Shown: positions 21,259 through 32,397, counted from the stretch's first letter. The stretch is 64,000 nucleotides of DNA from Phormidesmis sp. (GCA_965248535.1 CBDFJR010000005.1:1-64000), one strand, 5' to 3'. The notes: a model not told the origin generated them from the letters alone. Numbers and translations: made by a program.

Positions 21259-21948
21259 ATGCAGACTGAAGTTTTTAGTGAGCTTTTTCCCCTCCTTGCG
21301 GCAGCCAATCCAGAAACATTAGACTGGCTTTTGTCTGTTGCAACGGAGCATGAATACCCCAGTGGCCGCGCCGTTTTAATGGAAGATGCCTGGGGCAATG
21401 CCGTTTATTTTGTCGTCTCTGGCTGGGTCAAAGTGCGTCGTCACTCAGGCACGGGCGAAGATGTTTCGACGCTGGCAATTTTGGGTCGGGGTGACTTTTT
21501 TGGCGAGATGGCAATTTTAGATGAGTCGCCGCGATCGACCGATGTGATCGCCCTCTCAAATGTGCGGCTGATGAGCATCTCGGCTCAACGATTCATTCAA
21601 ACCCTATTTAAAGATCCGCAGTTGCACCACCGAATGCTGCAACTGATGGTCAGACGACTGCGCCAAACGAATATTCGGTTTCAGCTTCGCAATCAGCCAC
21701 CCGCGATTAAACTCGTCAACACCCTAGTGTCTCTGGCTGAAAACTACGGTCAAGAGTCGAGCCACGGCACGGATATTTTTAACATTCCGGCTAAAGACTT
21801 TTCGGATGTGGCCGATATTAGCGTCGATGAAACCACCAAGATTTTAGAAAAGCTAGATCACAAAGGATGGATTAAGATCGACTCCAGTCAGCAGGTCATT
21901 CACCTAAAAAACTTAAAACAGTTAATGAGTTTGATTGGTCGCAAATGA
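21259..21948 (+). CDS. Crp/Fnr family transcriptional regulator
   Basis: cNMP-binding GDFFGEMAILDESPRS plus C-terminal HTH. Confidence 0.92.
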   Translation: MQTEVFSELFPLLAAANPETLDWLLSVATEHEYPSGRAVLMEDAWGNAVYFVVSGWVKVRRHSGTGEDVSTLAILGRGDFFGEMAILDESPRSTDVIALSNVRLMSISAQRFIQTLFKDPQLHHRMLQLMVRRLRQTNIRFQLRNQPPAIKLVNTLVSLAENYGQESSHGTDIFNIPAKDFSDVADISVDETTKILEKLDHKGWIKIDSSQQVIHLKNLKQLMSLIGRK

Positions 21949-22003
21949 AGCGCAAAAGATCAGGCATGATAGGACATAACCTATCTGTCTAGGGAAGCGA
22001 TCG

Positions 22004-23824
22004 TTGATGAATCAAGAAGATGTGGACTTAGCCTCTCTCGTTGATCTGTCCGTAGAGACTCCGATCGCTGCACCTAAACGCTTTAGTCTGTCTTATCAAG
22101 TGTCGATGTCTCAGCCAGCGTCGCACCTATTTGAGGTAACGCTTTGGGTGCGCGGCTGGAAGCAGCCCCAACTAGAGTTGAGGATGCCCGTCTGGACTCC
22201 TGGCTCCTATTTAGTGCGGGAATATTCTAGACATTTGCAAGATTTTGCGGCTTGCGGCGCAGAAGCGGCCCTTTCGTGGCGCAAAGTGCAAAAGAATCAC
22301 TGGCAGATCGACACGCCCAAAACGAGTGAAATTGTGGTGAGCTATCGCATTTTTGCCAATGAGCTAACCGTGCGAACCAATCATCTAGACGAAACCCACG
22401 GCTATTTTAATGGGGCAGCACTCTTTCTCTATGTACCAGGGTTTGAGAACCAAGGGATGCAGGTCGAGATTGTTTTGCCGCGATCGGACTGGCGCATCGC
22501 CACCCCTCTAAAATCTGTGCCCGGACGACCCAACACCTTTGACGCGAAAGATCTCGACACGCTAATAGACAGTCCATTTGAGATTGGGCATCACGAGATT
22601 TATCCCTTTGAGGCGATGGGAAAGCCCCATCAACTAGCGATTTGGGGGCAGGGAAATGTTGACCCCGATCGCGTCATTCACGATACTCAAAAGATTATTC
22701 AAGTCGAAGCTGAGTTATTTGGTGGGTTACCCTACGATCGCTATCTCTTTTTACTTCACCTCACGTCTAGCGGGTTTGGTGGGCTAGAGCACAAAGATAG
22801 CTGCTCTCTGATTTATTCGCGCCTGGGCTTTCGGGATAAGGATCGCTACGATCGCTTCATGCAACTCGTCGCCCACGAATTTTTTCACCTGTGGAACGTG
22901 AAGCGAATTCGTCCTAAAGGGTTAGAAACCTTTGACTATGAGCAAGAAAACTACACGCCCTCGCTGTGGTTTAGCGAAGGAACGACGAGCTTCTATGATC
23001 TGATTCTTCCCTATCGAGCGGGCATTTATGATGCTAAGACTTATCTCAAAGCGTTGAGCCAAGAGATCACCCGATATCTAATGACTCCAGGACGGCTCGT
23101 GCAACCCCTGAGCGAATCTAGCTTTGACGCATGGATTAAGCTTTATCGACCCGATGCCAATAGTGCCAATTCTCAGATCTCTTATTACTTAAAAGGAGAA
23201 ATGGCAACGCTGTTGCTGGATTTAGCGATTCGGATTAGGCACAGCAATGAGCGATCGTTTGATGACGTGATGCGCCAGATGTGGCAACAGTTTGGCCGGG
23301 CGGAAATTGGCTTTATGCCTGAGCAGCTTAAAACCACGATCGAGGCTGTTGCGGGGTTCGATCTGACGGATTTCTTTGATCGCTATATCGACGGGGGCAC
23401 CGAAGAACTGCCCTTTGATGAATATCTGGCTGGGTTTGGGTTGCGCTTGCAGTCTAATCGTGAAACGGGCGATCGTCCGCCTCATCTCGGTGTAACGGTC
23501 AAAACAGAACACGGGCGAGAGATGATCAAATTTGTAGAATTCGGTTCTCCGGCGCAGCAGGCAGGCATCAATGCCGGGGATGAATGGTTGGCGATCAACG
23601 GCTGGCGCACCAGCGCCGAGCAGATCCCTGATCGCCTAAAGGACTATCAGCCGGGCGACACGATCGAGGTCGCTGTTTTTCATCAAGACGAGCTACGGGT
23701 GCGATCGGTGACTCTAGCGGCTCCTCAGCCAAATCAATATCAAATTTTAGCGATCGGGCAACCGTCTGCCGTTCAACAGCGCAATTTTCAAGGTTGGTTA
23801 GGGGTGCCCTTGTCTATGATCTGA
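22004..23824 (+). CDS. M61 family aminopeptidase with PDZ domain
   Basis: MPVWTPGSY, GGLEH, HEFFHLWNVKR, C-terminal PDZ. Confidence 0.93.
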   Translation: MMNQEDVDLASLVDLSVETPIAAPKRFSLSYQVSMSQPASHLFEVTLWVRGWKQPQLELRMPVWTPGSYLVREYSRHLQDFAACGAEAALSWRKVQKNHWQIDTPKTSEIVVSYRIFANELTVRTNHLDETHGYFNGAALFLYVPGFENQGMQVEIVLPRSDWRIATPLKSVPGRPNTFDAKDLDTLIDSPFEIGHHEIYPFEAMGKPHQLAIWGQGNVDPDRVIHDTQKIIQVEAELFGGLPYDRYLFLLHLTSSGFGGLEHKDSCSLIYSRLGFRDKDRYDRFMQLVAHEFFHLWNVKRIRPKGLETFDYEQENYTPSLWFSEGTTSFYDLILPYRAGIYDAKTYLKALSQEITRYLMTPGRLVQPLSESSFDAWIKLYRPDANSANSQISYYLKGEMATLLLDLAIRIRHSNERSFDDVMRQMWQQFGRAEIGFMPEQLKTTIEAVAGFDLTDFFDRYIDGGTEELPFDEYLAGFGLRLQSNRETGDRPPHLGVTVKTEHGREMIKFVEFGSPAQQAGINAGDEWLAINGWRTSAEQIPDRLKDYQPGDTIEVAVFHQDELRVRSVTLAAPQPNQYQILAIGQPSAVQQRNFQGWLGVPLSMI

Positions 23825-26800
23825 TCCGTTGGAGTGAGGCAGGGGCAAATCAGCCACCTCGATCGGCAACTGCATCACAAATGTGGTCTTTCCCCCAAAG
23901 CTTTCAACGTGAATCACGCCTTCTAATCGCTCGACGAGCTTTTTGACCAATGCCAAGCCCAGCCCGGTGCCGCCATGTCTCCACGGGTCACTGTTGGGAA
24001 TGCGATAAAACTTGTCAAAAATTCGCTCATATTCATCGATCGGAATTTCCACCCCCGAATTGCAAACGCGCACCACAAACCGCTTTGATTGTGTCGAAAC
24101 CCGATCGAGGCTCTTGGTTGCCGTCTGGCGATGGCTCAAACAAAGGGTCGCCTCATCAGACGCAGCTTCCCAGTCGCTGTGACCATCCACCGAGGCAGAG
24201 ACTGAGATCTGCCCGCCCGCAGGCGTATATTTGCAAGCATTGTTGAGCAACTCTGCCAGGGCGCGCTCTAAATAAGACAGGTCAGTTTTCACCATTGGCA
24301 GACTGGCAGGAATATCTAGCTCTAACCCTTGCTGCTGATTTTGGGCACGCGCTAAAAACGGCTCAACAATCTGAGGAAGCCAAGCGTGGAGAGACGTTTC
24401 GCTCAGATTTAGAGAAGTCGTCTGCGAATCTAATCGGGCGAGATCGAGCAAATCATCGATCAAGTTAATTTCGCGCTGACACTCATCTTTGAGCACTCGG
24501 AAATAGCGATCGAGCGGATTTGCCTGAGTTTTAAACATCCCCAAATCGCGCAGAATAATATCTAACATCTGGATCGCCATTTTGATGTTTGCCATCGGAG
24601 TCCGCAATTCATGCGACACGGTGCTGAGAAAGTCGTCTTTGAGGCGATTTAGCTGCTCTAGTTCTTTCACCTGCGCCTGGGCTGCCTGAAAGAGACGCGC
24701 CTGACGAATCGCGATCGCGCATTGATTAGCAACCTGCTGCACTAGACGAATGTCCTGATCGTTAAACTCATAAAAAGACTGATTAACCAGCCACAGATCG
24801 CCTAAAACCCCTTTGTCATCTGAGATCGGGCAAGCAAACATCGACACATTGCCCCGCTCTGGGTGGGCCAGCAACGAGCAAAATTGAAAGTGATGACCCT
24901 GCAAAAGTTGCTCATAAATCTCTGGGAAATCAGCCAGTTGAGAAACCTTACCTCTCGACGGTGGAATCGCGGCAGCATATTCATAGCGAATCGTGGATGT
25001 GCCGTGTTCAATATCAAAGATTGCCGCATTGCAGCAGCCGACCCCAAGCCGCTCGGCTAAAGCCTTGACTGCGCTTTCAAGAATTTGGTCTTCTTCTAAA
25101 GAGTCTCTGACTTTATCGGTAATTTGTTTGAGCGTAGACTCAAAATCGTAGGCGAGTTGCAGTTGAGTCGTGCGGGTTTGCACCTGTCGTTCTAAATTGA
25201 TGTTGAGTTGCTGAACTTGGTGGTGCAGTTCGGCTTGCTGAATGGCGATCGCTAACTGATCGACCACGTTGCCCACCAGTTGAACGTCTGACTCTTGCCA
25301 CGGTAGAGACGCATCTCGCAGCAAATCTAAGCTGCCCCACAGAGCGCGATCGACCTGAAGCGGCACAATCAGCCACGACCCGGCCGTTTTGTCAGTCAAC
25401 TCTCGTCTGAGCAAGCCTGTGTCGGGGGTGTGATGGCCGATGCGAATAGTCTCTAATTGCTTTAGGCGGTCTGCGATCGCATTGCCACGATCGGGAACCG
25501 TCGTCCCTAGCAAGCTGGGTGCATTGACATCAACATGATAATCAGACACATTTTGCCAAATCTGCTGGTCGGGCAAATATTGCATAATGCCCACGCAATC
25601 AGCTTGCAGCAACTGAACAAACTCGGCGGTTGCGGTGGCAAACACGGTCTCTAAATCGAGCGAGTTGCGAATGGTCTGAATCACGCGATTGAGAGCCTTG
25701 CTGCGCTGGATCTGCAACTGATGCTGTAGAACTTCATTGGCCAGTTCTTGATTGGCGCGGAGAAGTTCAGCCGTGCGTTCTTGCACCTGTTGTTCTAGCC
25801 GTGTGTTGAGAGTGTGCAGAGCGGCCTCTGTATATTTACGATCGGTGATGTCCATATCGACTGAAGTCACTATCCAGCAATCGGTTGACTCCTCTCGTCT
25901 TGACGTGAGGTTTGCAGAGATCCAGCGCAGGCTACCATCTTTATGTCGAAAGCGATATTCGAGCATCACCGTCCGCGAGGCTAAAATATCTTGTTGGGCC
26001 GGCAAAATAACGGTTTCTAAGTCTTCGGGCAGCACTCGACTGACCCAGAGCCTTGAGTCGGCCATCAATTCTTGGGAGGTGTAGCCAAAGATGCGTTCGC
26101 AGCCTGCCGATCGATAGTCATAAACCCAGGTGCAGTTTCTAAAAAACCGAATGCTCGCGATCGACGCAATCACACTATTAAGGGTATCGTCTAAAGCTGA
26201 CTGGGAGGTTTGCCAACGGTGCTCACTGATCGACAGGGATTGCTCTAACTGCTGACGCTGCATCCTTTCATGCCCTAGCTCCAGGGTTTTCTGATCAACG
26301 ACCCTCTGCAACGATTCAAGGCTCTCTGATAGGGCGATCGGGTCTAAGGCTTTTAAAACACTGGTGGGAGTCACCAGACCGACCCATTCGCCTGCGGAAC
26401 CAACGACCACGAGCGGCCGCTGCGGGTAACGCTGCATGGTTTGATAGGCGATTTCTAAGGTCTGATGGCTCTTGACGGGCAAGCGGGGCAGACTGACTAA
26501 GCTGCCTGCTGACGTTTGGGCAAACCCTCTCCCCGACATCTGAAACTGCACGATGTCATGCTCGGTCAACACCCCGATCGGCCAAGCTAATTGAGAAAGG
26601 CCCTCAGACGGCAGTGAGAAGTCGCTCTGGCTCTCTGGCTCTAGTTGCCCCGGTTTTTGCCCCTGAGCAGTTTCGACGATCGCGACGCAACTCACCCGGC
26701 GAGCCACCATTAGGGTCGCGACTTCTTGAAGTGAGGCTTGAGAAGGGGCGCAGACTAGCTGGGTTTCCATCACGTCGCTGACTCGACGCAGGTGCAGCCA

Positions 26801-27208
26801 GTCGGCAGATTTTAGGGTTGCGCTCACTGATTGAGGAGTGGCGATCGCGACGACTTGCCCTTGGGAATTGATGATCGGCAGATGGTGCACCTGGTCACGT
26901 CGAAACCGCTGCGAAACAAGAGCCGAGTCTGCGGCTTCAAATTCATCCAACGTCAGCACTTGGCGAGTCATCAACGTCGAGATTTTAGTCGTGGCGAGGT
27001 CGAGATTGGCCGCGATCGCCCGGACAATATCTCTCTCAGTAAAAATTCCGACTAAACGCTGATCTTCAGTGACCAAAACGCAACTCGTCTGGCTCTGACG
27101 CATTTTGTAGATCACCTCACTCACCAGAGCAATTGGGGCAACGTTTAGCAGGTGATGAGACACCCTGGGCTGAATGACTATTTGGCTGGAGTTATAAGAC
27201 TGATGCAC
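23798..27208 (-). CDS. CBS-PAS-GAF-GAF sensor histidine kinase
   Basis: GIFTERD (CBS), EYRFRHKDGSLRWI (PAC), two GAFs, SHELRTP, GGTGLGL. Confidence 0.92.
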   Translation of the reverse strand: MHQSYNSSQIVIQPRVSHHLLNVAPIALVSEVIYKMRQSQTSCVLVTEDQRLVGIFTERDIVRAIAANLDLATTKISTLMTRQVLTLDEFEAADSALVSQRFRRDQVHHLPIINSQGQVVAIATPQSVSATLKSADWLHLRRVSDVMETQLVCAPSQASLQEVATLMVARRVSCVAIVETAQGQKPGQLEPESQSDFSLPSEGLSQLAWPIGVLTEHDIVQFQMSGRGFAQTSAGSLVSLPRLPVKSHQTLEIAYQTMQRYPQRPLVVVGSAGEWVGLVTPTSVLKALDPIALSESLESLQRVVDQKTLELGHERMQRQQLEQSLSISEHRWQTSQSALDDTLNSVIASIASIRFFRNCTWVYDYRSAGCERIFGYTSQELMADSRLWVSRVLPEDLETVILPAQQDILASRTVMLEYRFRHKDGSLRWISANLTSRREESTDCWIVTSVDMDITDRKYTEAALHTLNTRLEQQVQERTAELLRANQELANEVLQHQLQIQRSKALNRVIQTIRNSLDLETVFATATAEFVQLLQADCVGIMQYLPDQQIWQNVSDYHVDVNAPSLLGTTVPDRGNAIADRLKQLETIRIGHHTPDTGLLRRELTDKTAGSWLIVPLQVDRALWGSLDLLRDASLPWQESDVQLVGNVVDQLAIAIQQAELHHQVQQLNINLERQVQTRTTQLQLAYDFESTLKQITDKVRDSLEEDQILESAVKALAERLGVGCCNAAIFDIEHGTSTIRYEYAAAIPPSRGKVSQLADFPEIYEQLLQGHHFQFCSLLAHPERGNVSMFACPISDDKGVLGDLWLVNQSFYEFNDQDIRLVQQVANQCAIAIRQARLFQAAQAQVKELEQLNRLKDDFLSTVSHELRTPMANIKMAIQMLDIILRDLGMFKTQANPLDRYFRVLKDECQREINLIDDLLDLARLDSQTTSLNLSETSLHAWLPQIVEPFLARAQNQQQGLELDIPASLPMVKTDLSYLERALAELLNNACKYTPAGGQISVSASVDGHSDWEAASDEATLCLSHRQTATKSLDRVSTQSKRFVVRVCNSGVEIPIDEYERIFDKFYRIPNSDPWRHGGTGLGLALVKKLVERLEGVIHVESFGGKTTFVMQLPIEVADLPLPHSNGSDHRQGHP

Positions 27209-27704
27209 GACTGTTCCCCTAGCGTCGATATCTATAAACCGAGCAATTCTACTTAGAATAAACGCAGAGATCTCTGAGTATCTACAAAAGCTTTATATCA
27301 GGATTTAACTAGAAATACTGCAATGTTAAAAAAATTCAAGTAGTAAACAATACATTTATTTTTTAAGTTCAAATCGCCTCAGAGTTTGTACGGATAATTT
27401 CTCAAGACTCCGCACTGGTCTGCCAACAAACTCAAAAAAAGGGCTATAAATTCAGTGCTTTTACTGAGAAGATAAAACCTGTCTCGATCGTGTGCGGAGA
27501 TGCTAGTTTAAGCCTCAGCTAATTAGCTGCCTTTGGGTCGCCATAGAGCCTAAACGTTAGCCGATCAGTCTTTTTCAAAGCGTCAATCTATCAGCAGAAA
27601 CTAATCTGAGAGCCGTCAAATTATTCCATTAGTCAGACGAATTTCTAAACTTTGCTCCCTAAACTACAGGGTTTTATAAGAAAGAATTGGATAAGGGTTC
27701 ACCG

Positions 27705-28409
27705 ATGACTCAAACTTGGCTCATGATTGGCTGTGTTGGCATGACGTTAGGAGCGATCGCCTTTGGTTTTGGCGCAAACAATGCCAAAAATGAGGCCTGG
27801 CGAATTGTCTATACGATTAACTTTTTTATTGCCGCGATCGCCGCTGGGCTTTATCTGGCGATGGTCTTGGGTCAAGGCTTTAATGTTATCTATGGCCGTT
27901 CAACTTACTGGGTGCGTTACGTCACATGGTCGCTATCTACACCATTAACGCTCGTGTTGCTCAGTTTTCTGGGAGGCACTAGTTTATCGATTGCTGCTAG
28001 CATGGTGGGGGCAGACATTTATATGATCGCTACGGGGTTCATTGCCACGATCTCGCCCAAGCCCACCAGCTACATTTGGTATGTTGTTAGCTGCGGTGCC
28101 TATCTAGGGTTGGCTTATCTACTGCTCCATCACTATCGCCTTGAGTCTTTTCGGCAGCACCCCAGAAACAGAAAAGTGTTTGACAAACTGCTCACCGTGC
28201 ATCTGCTTTTGTGGACGGCATACCCGATCGTGTGGATGCTGGCAAAAACGGGTTATGGCATCCTTGATAGCAGCGCAGAAACGATGTCTTACACTCTACT
28301 AGATTTGGCAGCCAAGGTGGGGTTTGGGTTTTTCTCCTTAGGGTCTCTGCGTCAGCTAGAGCAGACGAGCGAAGCGCCGCAGCGGGTTGAGGGCAGAGTT
28401 TTGAGATAG
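27705..28409 (+). CDS. Microbial rhodopsin, cyanobacterial halorhodopsin-like
   Basis: 7 hydrophobic helices; helix C YWVRYVTWSLSTPL; helix F VHLLLWTAYPIVW; helix G DLAAKVGFG retinal Lys. Confidence 0.93.
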   Translation: MTQTWLMIGCVGMTLGAIAFGFGANNAKNEAWRIVYTINFFIAAIAAGLYLAMVLGQGFNVIYGRSTYWVRYVTWSLSTPLTLVLLSFLGGTSLSIAASMVGADIYMIATGFIATISPKPTSYIWYVVSCGAYLGLAYLLLHHYRLESFRQHPRNRKVFDKLLTVHLLLWTAYPIVWMLAKTGYGILDSSAETMSYTLLDLAAKVGFGFFSLGSLRQLEQTSEAPQRVEGRVLR

Positions 28410-28471
28410 TCATTGACTGCGATAAACCGCCGTGCGGCGGGTTCCCTTGGGTTCCTAGAATCTTGGCGACT

Positions 28472-31303
28472 TTAACCGCTGATCGGCAGGGTCACCACAA
28501 ACCGAGCGCCTGCATTGGGCTGAGAAAAGCATTCAAGCTGACCCTGATGGCGCTTGGTCACGATTTGATAGCTGACCGACAGCCCTAGCCCGGTGCCTTT
28601 GCCGATCGGTTTCGTCGTGAAAAACGGATCAAAAAGCTGCGATCGCACCGACTCGTTCATCCCCATGCCGTTATCGCGAATCGTAATTGCCACGCGATCG
28701 CCAGTCACCACTGCCGTCTGAATCTCGATCAAAGGTGACTCTTGACCCTGAATCTGGATTTCCAATGCGTCGATCGCGTTGATCAAAATGTTCAAAAATA
28801 CCTGATTCAAATCTCCGGCATAACACTGGACTGAGGGGAGTTGGCCATAGCGCTTGATGACTTGAATCGCCGGACGGGTCGAGATTGCTTTGAGGCGACT
28901 TTCTAAAATCATCAAAGTGCTGTCGATGCCTTCATGAAGGTTGACGGTTTTAAAGTCTGATTCATCTAATCGAGAAAACATTCGCAAAGATTGCACAATT
29001 TGCTGGATTCGCTCTGCCCCAACCTGCATCGATTGAAACAGCTTTGAGAGATCGTCTGTCAAAAACGCTAGGTCGATCGCCTCGATTTCGGCCTCAATTT
29101 CACGAGACGGCTGGGGACAATGCTGCTGATAGAGACTCACAAGCCGCAGCAGGCTTTGAGCATAGTCTTCGGCATAGCCCAGATTTCCATAGATAAAGCT
29201 AACCGGATTGTTGATCTCGTGAGCAATGCCAGCCACCATCTGCCCCAAACTAGACATCTTCTCGGTTTGAATGAGTTGGGCCTGAGTCTGCTGCAACTCT
29301 TTCATCGCTGTCGCCAGTCTCATCGCTTGAGTTTGGGCAACTTGGGCATTGTTGCGGGCTTCGGCATAGAGTTCTGCTTGACTCATGGCGATCGCTAGCT
29401 GATCGACCACGCCTCTGAGTAGCTCTATTTCTTCTGGCTTCCAGGGGCGGCTGCCCCGCGTATGGGTGCAAACGACCACGCCCACTACGTCAAAATCTTT
29501 TTGCATGGGCAGCCCTAAAAATGAGGTGCAGTCCAGCGATCGCAGCAACCGTCGCAATAATGGCGCAGATAATTGAGCCACATCATCGAATTGAATGGTT
29601 TGAAACTTAAGAAATTCTTCCCCCAACCAGCCTGCAAACTTCTTAGAATAGCAGCCTAAGGCACTTTTAATGGTGGGCAGCTTAGACTCTGTGACCGCTT
29701 CCCAGGTGGCGGGCTGAGTGTGAGGGTTATACCAAACAAAGGTGCAGCGATCGATTTGCATCAAAGCTCGAATCTCAATCACAGCCGTTTGCAAGATCGT
29801 ATCCAAATCTAAAGACTTGCGAATTTGACTGGTGATATTGCCTTTCAATCTCAATTCTGCGGTGCGTTCTTCGACTCGCGCTTCTAAATGCTCGTTGGCG
29901 GTGGCTAAGGTGTGAAACGACGCTTGAAGCTGCGTGGTCATCTGATTAAATGAGGTTGCCAGCCGATCTAGCTCTCTGATGCGAATGGGAATGCCGATAT
30001 CAACGCTGACCCCTTGATTGAGTTCTTCGGTCACCGGGTTGCCAGAAGCCAAGAGCGAGGCTAGCGCTTTTGAGGCTTGACTAAACCGCAAAATGGGTGC
30101 TGTTAGCCACCGAGCGATCAGGGTGGCGATCGTCATGGCGACCATCACCGCAATTCCACACAAAAAAACTCTGATCTGATCTTGAGCCTCAACTTGCCCT
30201 GTGAATTCTGACTCTGGTGCGACTGAGATCAGCAGCCAATCTAGTCCTTTTTCGTCTTGCCAAGGGGTCACCTGCACATAGTGACGGGTTGCTTTGCCCT
30301 CTGAGGAATTTTGGGGTGCCACCAGCACTTCTAAACTCTGCTTGCGGCGAATCTGCCCCAGGCTGCCAAACTGTTGCACCAACTGCTCGATCGTAGAACG
30401 AATCTGCCCATCGCCACTGTGAAAGGCCGAGAGTCGCACCGCTTTTTTATTGACCAACGTCGTCACTGGCTCAGGCGAAGAACTCGCCACCAACAGCCCC
30501 GATCGCTCGACAATAAACACAGCGCCCGATCGACTCACAGGCAGTTGTCGCAGCGATTTAGAAATATCTGACAAAACGATATCAACGCCCAACACTCCAA
30601 TCAGCTTTTTCTTAGCATCGTAGAGCGGATAGCCAGAGCTAATCGAAGTTACTTCAGGTGAGCCATCCCACTGATAGATTTGGCTCCAGATCGGATGCCC
30701 AGCCTTCACCGCCTCAACATACCAACTCTCAGCTTGGGGATCGTAGGGAGTGATCTTGTGCACTTTTGTGCGCCTAGCCCTCTGATCGACTTCATAATCG
30801 TAGGATGTTTTGAGGGCGGCTCGATTGATCTCACTGGTGGTGATGATGTCGCTTGAGACATAGCCTGCCCCTGCATATTCCCCTAACGGGCTAACAAAGT
30901 TGATATAGCTCACCTGAAATGTTTGCACTTCTTTGACAAACAGGCGCTGCATTCCTTCTAGGTTAGAAGGCGTGATCAGCCCGATTTGTAGGGCATCGCG
31001 GTTGGTTTGATCGACCCAATGCACTCGACCTAAATATTCATTTAAGTGCTGAGTGACCTGCAAATTAGTTTCACTGTGCAGCCGCATCGCTAACCCAGCG
31101 ATCGCTTTGTGATCGTTGCGAATCGACAGCCACCCGACCAGACTGGCGATCGCAGAAATTTGCACGATAAATGAGGTCACGAGCATCCCATTTAGAGAGA
31201 CCGTGAACGATCGTGGCAACGTTAGCTGAGAAATGAGACGTGATAGTTTCACGAGGGGGCGACTGAAACTGATGAGAACCTCTTGAATCAATGAAGTATC
31301 CAA
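28472..31303 (-). CDS. Cache-HAMP-GAF sensor histidine kinase
   Basis: 2 TM, dCache (WYVEAVKAGHPIWS), HAMP, GAF, AHEINNP, GKGTGLGL. Confidence 0.92.
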   Translation of the reverse strand: MDTSLIQEVLISFSRPLVKLSRLISQLTLPRSFTVSLNGMLVTSFIVQISAIASLVGWLSIRNDHKAIAGLAMRLHSETNLQVTQHLNEYLGRVHWVDQTNRDALQIGLITPSNLEGMQRLFVKEVQTFQVSYINFVSPLGEYAGAGYVSSDIITTSEINRAALKTSYDYEVDQRARRTKVHKITPYDPQAESWYVEAVKAGHPIWSQIYQWDGSPEVTSISSGYPLYDAKKKLIGVLGVDIVLSDISKSLRQLPVSRSGAVFIVERSGLLVASSSPEPVTTLVNKKAVRLSAFHSGDGQIRSTIEQLVQQFGSLGQIRRKQSLEVLVAPQNSSEGKATRHYVQVTPWQDEKGLDWLLISVAPESEFTGQVEAQDQIRVFLCGIAVMVAMTIATLIARWLTAPILRFSQASKALASLLASGNPVTEELNQGVSVDIGIPIRIRELDRLATSFNQMTTQLQASFHTLATANEHLEARVEERTAELRLKGNITSQIRKSLDLDTILQTAVIEIRALMQIDRCTFVWYNPHTQPATWEAVTESKLPTIKSALGCYSKKFAGWLGEEFLKFQTIQFDDVAQLSAPLLRRLLRSLDCTSFLGLPMQKDFDVVGVVVCTHTRGSRPWKPEEIELLRGVVDQLAIAMSQAELYAEARNNAQVAQTQAMRLATAMKELQQTQAQLIQTEKMSSLGQMVAGIAHEINNPVSFIYGNLGYAEDYAQSLLRLVSLYQQHCPQPSREIEAEIEAIDLAFLTDDLSKLFQSMQVGAERIQQIVQSLRMFSRLDESDFKTVNLHEGIDSTLMILESRLKAISTRPAIQVIKRYGQLPSVQCYAGDLNQVFLNILINAIDALEIQIQGQESPLIEIQTAVVTGDRVAITIRDNGMGMNESVRSQLFDPFFTTKPIGKGTGLGLSVSYQIVTKRHQGQLECFSQPNAGARFVVTLPISG

Positions 31304-31384
31304 GGGATCATGCCTCAGAGTGCCCCGTTCTGCCCAATGAAACCCTAGGGGTCGGATTTTGAGAGAAATAGCCTTTTCTAGGTC

Positions 31385-32164
31385 TTATTCTGCTAACCAG
31401 GTTTTAGCACTGGGCTTTAAAACCCCATCTTCTAAATAAGCAACGCTGTCTGCAACATCAATGATGCGGGGATCGTGGGTGACGATCAAAACGGTGCGTC
31501 CTTTCTCTTTCGCTAAGTTTCGCAGCAGATCGATCACCGCGTGACCATTGTGAGAGTCAAGGGCGGCCGTTGGCTCGTCTGCCATGATCAGCCGCGGGTC
31601 TCCGGCTAGGGCACGGGCGATCGCGACTCGCTGCTTTTGGCCGCCAGAGAGATCTTGAGGGTGGCGCTTGGCTTGCTGAGACAGCCCGACCTGATCTAAC
31701 AAATCTAGGGCTTGTCGATGGGCCGCCGCTCTGTGAGTGCCTTTCAGGTTTAGGGCTACCTCGACATTTTCTAAAGCAGTCAACGCTGGAAATAAATTAA
31801 ACCCTTGAAAGACAAAGCCAATGTTTTCAAGCCGAAATTGCGCCAATTTTGAGCCAGATAGCTTAGAGATTTCTTCTCCCAGCAGGCGTACACTTCCACC
31901 TGTAGGAGTTAGAATCCCAGCCAAAATAGACAGTAGGGTGGTTTTGCCCGACCCTGATGGGCCCATCAAAAGCTGGATGTCTCCATACTTGACATCTAGG
32001 TCGATGTTTTTGAGGGCTTGAAACCGCTCGCTCCCCGATTTATAGACCATCTCTACGCCACGAGCGGCGATCGCGTTAATTTCTGTCCTCTCAAGACGAT
32101 GAGAGAGATCAGTGTGAGCAGCACTCCCGGCACTGGGCAATAAATCGATCTGGGTAGCAGTCAT
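31385..32164 (-). CDS. ABC transporter ATP-binding protein (DevA/LolD type)
   Basis: GPSGSGKT, LSGGQKQR, ADEPT. Confidence 0.95.
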   Translation of the reverse strand: MTATQIDLLPSAGSAAHTDLSHRLERTEINAIAARGVEMVYKSGSERFQALKNIDLDVKYGDIQLLMGPSGSGKTTLLSILAGILTPTGGSVRLLGEEISKLSGSKLAQFRLENIGFVFQGFNLFPALTALENVEVALNLKGTHRAAAHRQALDLLDQVGLSQQAKRHPQDLSGGQKQRVAIARALAGDPRLIMADEPTAALDSHNGHAVIDLLRNLAKEKGRTVLIVTHDPRIIDVADSVAYLEDGVLKPSAKTWLAE

Positions 32165-32397
32165 TCGTTACTCTATAGAAATGAAGGGATGTTAAACAGC
32201 GTGTGGGAGCAAATCACAAGCTTTAATTCTGAACGGTAGCTACAGCCCCTAAAAGGCTAGATCCAGGTTTGGTTAGAAGCTTTAATCATATGATCTAGTC
32301 TAGCTAGCCTCTCTGAGTTTTTGTCACAGAAGGAATTGAACTTTAGCGATCGCTGGTTACATATTTCACATATATTGCGGAATCTTAACAGTTTGTT

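Noticed and set aside
27705..28409. Anabaena sensory rhodopsin or xenorhodopsin
   Set aside because: Thr rather than Asp at position 85, Asp rather than Pro four residues before the retinal Lys, and no ASRT transducer gene adjacent
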